This document shows, piece after piece, positions 42,831 to 46,505 of a stretch of DNA of 46,505 nt; position 1 is the first letter of the stretch; each line of letters opens with the position of its first letter. The notes under the pieces were generated by a model, which saw only the letters and a program-made list of their open reading frames with translations, was not told where the DNA came from and searched no databases. A program made the position numbers and the translations under genes. Source of the DNA: a virus (lineage: Duplodnaviria > Heunggongvirae > Uroviricota > Caudoviricetes); IMG/VR virus record IMGVR_UViG_2563366802_000006, one strand, 5' to 3'.

Positions 42831-45209
42831 GTGGATATGGCAGCAGTAAAAATCTCAGGTGTGCTGAAAGATGGTGCGGGAAAACCAATACAGAACTGCA
42901 CTATTCAACTGAAGGCAAAGCGTAACAGCACCACGGTACTGGTGAACACGGTGGCCTCTGAAAATCCGGATGAAGCCGGGCGTTACAGCATGGATGTTGA
43001 GTATGGCCAGTACAGCGTCATCCTGCTGGTTGAAGGTTTTCCGCCTTCACATGCCGGGACCATTACCGTCTATGAAGGTTCCAGACCAGGTACGCTGAAT
43101 GATTTTCTTGGTGCCATGACGGAGGATGATGCCCGTCCGGAGGCACTGCGCCGTTTTGAACTGATGGTGGAAGAAGCAGCACGCAACGCTGAAGCCGCCT
43201 CTCAGAGCGCAGCGGCGGCAAAGAAATCCGAAACTGCAGCGGCATCATCGAAGAACGCGGCGAAAACCTCAGAAACGAATGCAGCTAATAGTGCACAGGC
43301 GGCAGCGACCTCACAGACTGCATCAGCAAACTCCGCGACAGCAGCCAAAAAATCAGAAACCAACGCGAAAAACAGCGAGACAGCCGCAAAGACGAGCGAA
43401 ACCAACGCAAAGTCCAGCCAGACGGCAGCGAAAACCAGCGAAACGAATGCCAAAGCCAGTGAAACTGCGGCAAAAAACAGCCAGGTTGCAGCAGCCCAAA
43501 GCGAGAGCGCGGCAGCCGGTTCTGCGACTTCAGCAGCTGGATCAGCAACTGCTGCGGCTAACAGCCAGAAAGCTGCGAAGACGAGTGAAACTAACGCAAA
43601 GTCCAGCCAGACGGCAGCGAAGACCAGCGAAACGAATGCCAAAGCCAGCGAAACTGCGGCGAAAAACAGCCAGGATGCAGCAGCCCAAAGCGAGAGTGCC
43701 GCAGCTGGTTCTGCAAGTGCGGCGGCTTCTTCTGCCACTGCATCAGCCAACAGTCAAAAAGCAGCAAAAACCAGTGAAACCAACACAAAGGCGAGCGAGA
43801 CTGCGGCGACTAACTCGGCGAAAGCATCCGCTGCAAGCCAGATGGCTGCAAAAGCAAGTGAAGACGCAGCCAGAGAGTATGCAAGCCAGGCAGCAGAGCC
43901 GTATAAATATGTCTTACAGCCACTGCCTGATGTGTGGATACCGTTTAATGACTCGATGGATATGATTACAGGATTTGGCCCGGGATATAAAAAAATAACA
44001 GTGCGCGATGATGTGGTCACTATACCATCCGACAAAATTGTCCCGTTTTCCCGCGCGAGTTCCGCGACCTATATCAATAAGTCCGGCGCTCTTACCATTG
44101 CAGAAATTAATGAGCCACGTTTTGAAAAAGAAGGGCTGTTAATTGAAGGGCAGAGAACAAATTACTTCACAAACTCAAACGCTCCGGAATTGTGGAATAA
44201 AAATCCAGGCCTGAAGATAAGCGAGACAAAAACCGATTCCAGGGGTTTTAAATATGCAACGTTTACCCCAGAAAAATATTTAGATAGTTCTGGCTCATAT
44301 GGAATTATATCAGGGGCAGCAGCAAATAAGATAGCGGTAGTCAAAAATGATGCAGTTACAATATCCTTTAGAGCAAAAGGGGATAATGTAAGATTTGCGG
44401 CTAGATTTGATAAAGGGGATTCGCCAGTTGCTGTAGCTGCCATTTTTATTGATAGCGCCACACTAGATACATTCACGTCTGGAGCAGATGCGTCTAATAT
44501 TGCTGTGAAAAATGTTGTTCGTGACGGTGAGTGGGTTGCTGTAGAGGCTGTTTATAAAGTAACAGACGACTCTACATATATTAACGGCGCCATTCTGATG
44601 TCAAACAAACTGGGTGCTAATTTTGATAAGACTAGTTTTATGGATGTAACCACCCCTCAAATAGAGCTAGGTTCTTGCTTATCATCATTTATTGTCACAC
44701 CAGGTGTTCCTGCGACAAGGGCGAGTGATATGGTTATTTTTTCAACCAGAAATAACATAAGTTCTGTCCCTTTAAGCTGTCTTGTTGAAATACATAAAAA
44801 TTGGGACTCTACGCCAAATCAGGCCCCACGAATTTTAACCACTATTGGCGTGGCGACTAATGATGAACAACTGGTATTGGCTTTCAGGACGCCTACAAGT
44901 CCGGATGTAGAACCTTTACCTTATGTTCAGTTTGGAGTGAGATCTGCATATCTTAGTCCATCTGTGAAGGCCGGGCGCAAAATGATTGCTGGTTTTGTCT
45001 GTAATAGCTCGACTGAATTTCGTTGCTGTTGTAATGGTTACCTGTCACCTGTTCAGACTTCGTCATGGAAGAATACCGGAGCTGCACATGAAATACGTAT
45101 TGGGGGAACTTCTGCTGGAGGAGAACGTCACTTGTTTGGTCACGTTCGTAACCTGAGAATATGGCATAAAGAATTAACTGATGCGCAAATGGGGGAGAGT
45201 ATTAAATGA
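42831..45209 (+). CDS. stf: Side tail fibre: lambda Stf-like N-terminus, Ala/Ser/Thr-rich repeat shaft, divergent low-GC C-terminal module
   Basis: N-terminus (AVKISGVLKDGAGKPIQNCTIQLKAKRNSTTVLVNTV...) matches lambda Stf; the C-terminal roughly 430 aa are AT-rich, unlike lambda Stf, and end in a ConA/LamG-like pattern. Confidence 0.85.
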   Translation: MDMAAVKISGVLKDGAGKPIQNCTIQLKAKRNSTTVLVNTVASENPDEAGRYSMDVEYGQYSVILLVEGFPPSHAGTITVYEGSRPGTLNDFLGAMTEDDARPEALRRFELMVEEAARNAEAASQSAAAAKKSETAAASSKNAAKTSETNAANSAQAAATSQTASANSATAAKKSETNAKNSETAAKTSETNAKSSQTAAKTSETNAKASETAAKNSQVAAAQSESAAAGSATSAAGSATAAANSQKAAKTSETNAKSSQTAAKTSETNAKASETAAKNSQDAAAQSESAAAGSASAAASSATASANSQKAAKTSETNTKASETAATNSAKASAASQMAAKASEDAAREYASQAAEPYKYVLQPLPDVWIPFNDSMDMITGFGPGYKKITVRDDVVTIPSDKIVPFSRASSATYINKSGALTIAEINEPRFEKEGLLIEGQRTNYFTNSNAPELWNKNPGLKISETKTDSRGFKYATFTPEKYLDSSGSYGIISGAAANKIAVVKNDAVTISFRAKGDNVRFAARFDKGDSPVAVAAIFIDSATLDTFTSGADASNIAVKNVVRDGEWVAVEAVYKVTDDSTYINGAILMSNKLGANFDKTSFMDVTTPQIELGSCLSSFIVTPGVPATRASDMVIFSTRNNISSVPLSCLVEIHKNWDSTPNQAPRILTTIGVATNDEQLVLAFRTPTSPDVEPLPYVQFGVRSAYLSPSVKAGRKMIAGFVCNSSTEFRCCCNGYLSPVQTSSWKNTGAAHEIRIGGTSAGGERHLFGHVRNLRIWHKELTDAQMGESIK
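43380..43755. repeat. Tandem direct repeat inside stf, unit 189 bp (63 codons), two near-identical copies
   Basis: GACGAGCGAAACCAACGCAAAGTCCAGCCAGACGGCAGCGAAAACCAGCGAAACGAATGCCAAAGCCAG... at 43391 recurs at 43580 with a few substitutions; encoded AAKTSETNAKSSQTAAKTSETNAKASETAAKNSQ repeats. Confidence 0.85.
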
Positions 45210-45487
45210 AAGATTTAACACTCAAATTTGCAGACAGGGCCGACTTTTCGGCCTTTATGGAGAGCATTGGCTATTATGATGACGAGTTGATGCAGGATGA
45301 TATTCTTATTGACGTGATAGGTAACGTGTACAAAGAAACCGGAGAACTGACTGAAGATGGCGAACCGGTATGTGTTAAGGAAGACGGATATTTTGTAAAC
45401 GTGCGCATCATTAATGATGCAAAAAAATCGTCAATATTCGATGAATACGCGGTTGTTGTTGAACATCAACTTCGTGGCTGGATGTGA
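45206..45487 (+). CDS. Hypothetical small acidic protein (93 aa), coupled to the stf stop
   Basis: ATG overlaps the stf stop (ATGA); low GC; no similarity to lambda Tfa. Confidence 0.5.
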   Translation: MKDLTLKFADRADFSAFMESIGYYDDELMQDDILIDVIGNVYKETGELTEDGEPVCVKEDGYFVNVRIINDAKKSSIFDEYAVVVEHQLRGWM

Positions 45488-45496
45488 GGGAGACAA

Positions 45497-46201
45497 ATGG
45501 CTACATCGACAGTAATTCCGGGAGACATCACCACGCTGAAGGGAGATGTCAGTAAAGCGAAGGAAGATATTTCCTCAATTAACAGTAAAGTATCAACGCT
45601 TCAGACTGATATGACCAGTGCAAAGCAGGATATCAGCTCCAGATACACAAAAACTGAAGTTGATAATAAGCTGAAAAACAAAGTGGAAGTGAACGATCTG
45701 GAAAGTGGTCGTTATGGCGGAGATTTTTATCCACTGACAGGTCGTGAAGCGTTTTATTTATGGAATTTGGCCACGACTACAGCGGCGGCAAACCTTTATC
45801 TTAATCCTGACCCTGCAATTTCGTCTGTACTGCGGTCAACATCGTCTATCCGCTATAAGCATTCAGTAGAGACGATAGATTCAGAGCACGCCGATCTCAT
45901 TTTCAGGATGCGCCCTGTATGGTACAGGTCACAATGCGAAAATGACAGGCGTGACTGGGGATTCTACGGATTGATTGCCGAGGAAGTAGGAGAAATTGCC
46001 CCTCAGTTTGTACACTGGCGATCAGCTAACGAAGATGATGCACGGGAAGCTATTTCCAGCAATGGCCTTGTTGCCGAAGGTGTAATGTACGAACGTCTGG
46101 TTGTTCCACTGATTCACCATATCCAGAAACTGACCGAAAGAGTTGATGAACTTGAGTCAGAATTGAAGTTGTTATCAACTTCCCGAAGCGATATCGGATA
46201 A
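45497..46201 (+). CDS. Hypothetical protein with C-terminal Peptidase_S74-like intramolecular chaperone domain and N-terminal coiled coil
   Basis: C-terminal pattern SSIRYKHSVETI...WGFYGLIAEEVGEIAPQFV...YERLVVPLIHHIQKLTERVDELESEL fits the endosialidase/tail-fibre chaperone domain consensus; N-terminal heptad-like region. Confidence 0.55.
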   Translation: MATSTVIPGDITTLKGDVSKAKEDISSINSKVSTLQTDMTSAKQDISSRYTKTEVDNKLKNKVEVNDLESGRYGGDFYPLTGREAFYLWNLATTTAAANLYLNPDPAISSVLRSTSSIRYKHSVETIDSEHADLIFRMRPVWYRSQCENDRRDWGFYGLIAEEVGEIAPQFVHWRSANEDDAREAISSNGLVAEGVMYERLVVPLIHHIQKLTERVDELESELKLLSTSRSDIG

Positions 46202-46211
46202 AGGAGGAGTA

Positions 46212-46505
46212 ATGGATATAACACCTTTTCTTCATGCGCTTTGTGCTGTGGCTGCGCAGGTACTGATTGGTCTTTTTACCGGAAACTGGGTTTACGGGGC
46301 GATAGCCGGTTGTACGTTCTTCATTGCGCGTGAACACACCCAGGCAGAATATCGCTGGATTGAAATGTTCGGGCATGGCAAGCGAATGAATATGCCGTGG
46401 TGGGGCGGTTTTGATCCGCGCGCATGGGATGTGGCAAGCCTGATGGATTTTGCTGTGCCGGTGGTGGCGTGTCTGCTGGTCTGGCTGTTGGTTAATCGTG
46501 GGTGA
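46212..46505 (+). CDS. Hypothetical small membrane protein (97 aa, 2-3 predicted transmembrane segments)
   Basis: Hydrophobic stretches LHALCAVAAQVLIGLFTGNWVYGAIAGCTFFIA and LMDFAVPVVACLLVWLLV; ribosome-binding site AGGAGG upstream; stop at 46503-46505. Confidence 0.5.
   Translation: MDITPFLHALCAVAAQVLIGLFTGNWVYGAIAGCTFFIAREHTQAEYRWIEMFGHGKRMNMPWWGGFDPRAWDVASLMDFAVPVVACLLVWLLVNRG

Noticed and set aside
43202-43750. 182-aa alanine-rich minus-strand ORF inside the stf repeat region
   Set aside because: Mirror image of the Ala/Ser/Thr-rich repeat in stf; low-complexity antisense frame.

Overview
The window is almost entirely one mosaic lambdoid prophage (Escherichia/Shigella type), read here left to right as the integrated map. 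Calls rest on reading the supplied ORF translations and the raw sequence against remembered phage proteins and sites; no database search was run. Layout: Rac-type integrase (1-1164, -); an excisionase gene split by an IS21-family insertion (1303-3256); a leftward pL operon with lambda-like orf60a/63/61, exo, bet, gam, kil, cIII and ea10, interrupted by an IS66-family element (~7179-9666) where ral would lie; sieB and a P22 gp24-type N; a P22-type immunity region (c2, cro, cII-like, matching nutL/nutR); lambda O (with ori iterons), P, ren, tR2; a nin region carrying a Dam-like methyltransferase, ninE, rusA, ylcG and a phage 21/DLP12-type Q; an intact nmpC-like porin between Q and the lysis genes; a pinholin / SAR-endolysin / Rz-Rz1 cassette with two extra ORFs between holin and endolysin; morons (T5orf172-like, ybcV-like, ylcI-like); then a lambda-identical cos site and a near-lambda head and tail block Nu1 through J, lom and stf. 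Gene C carries a 1-bp homopolymer frameshift. The side tail fibre has a lambda-like N-terminus, an internal 189-bp tandem repeat and a divergent low-GC C-terminal module, followed by three low-GC ORFs that I could not assign and rate as the most interesting candidate. No CRISPR array or tRNA gene was seen.
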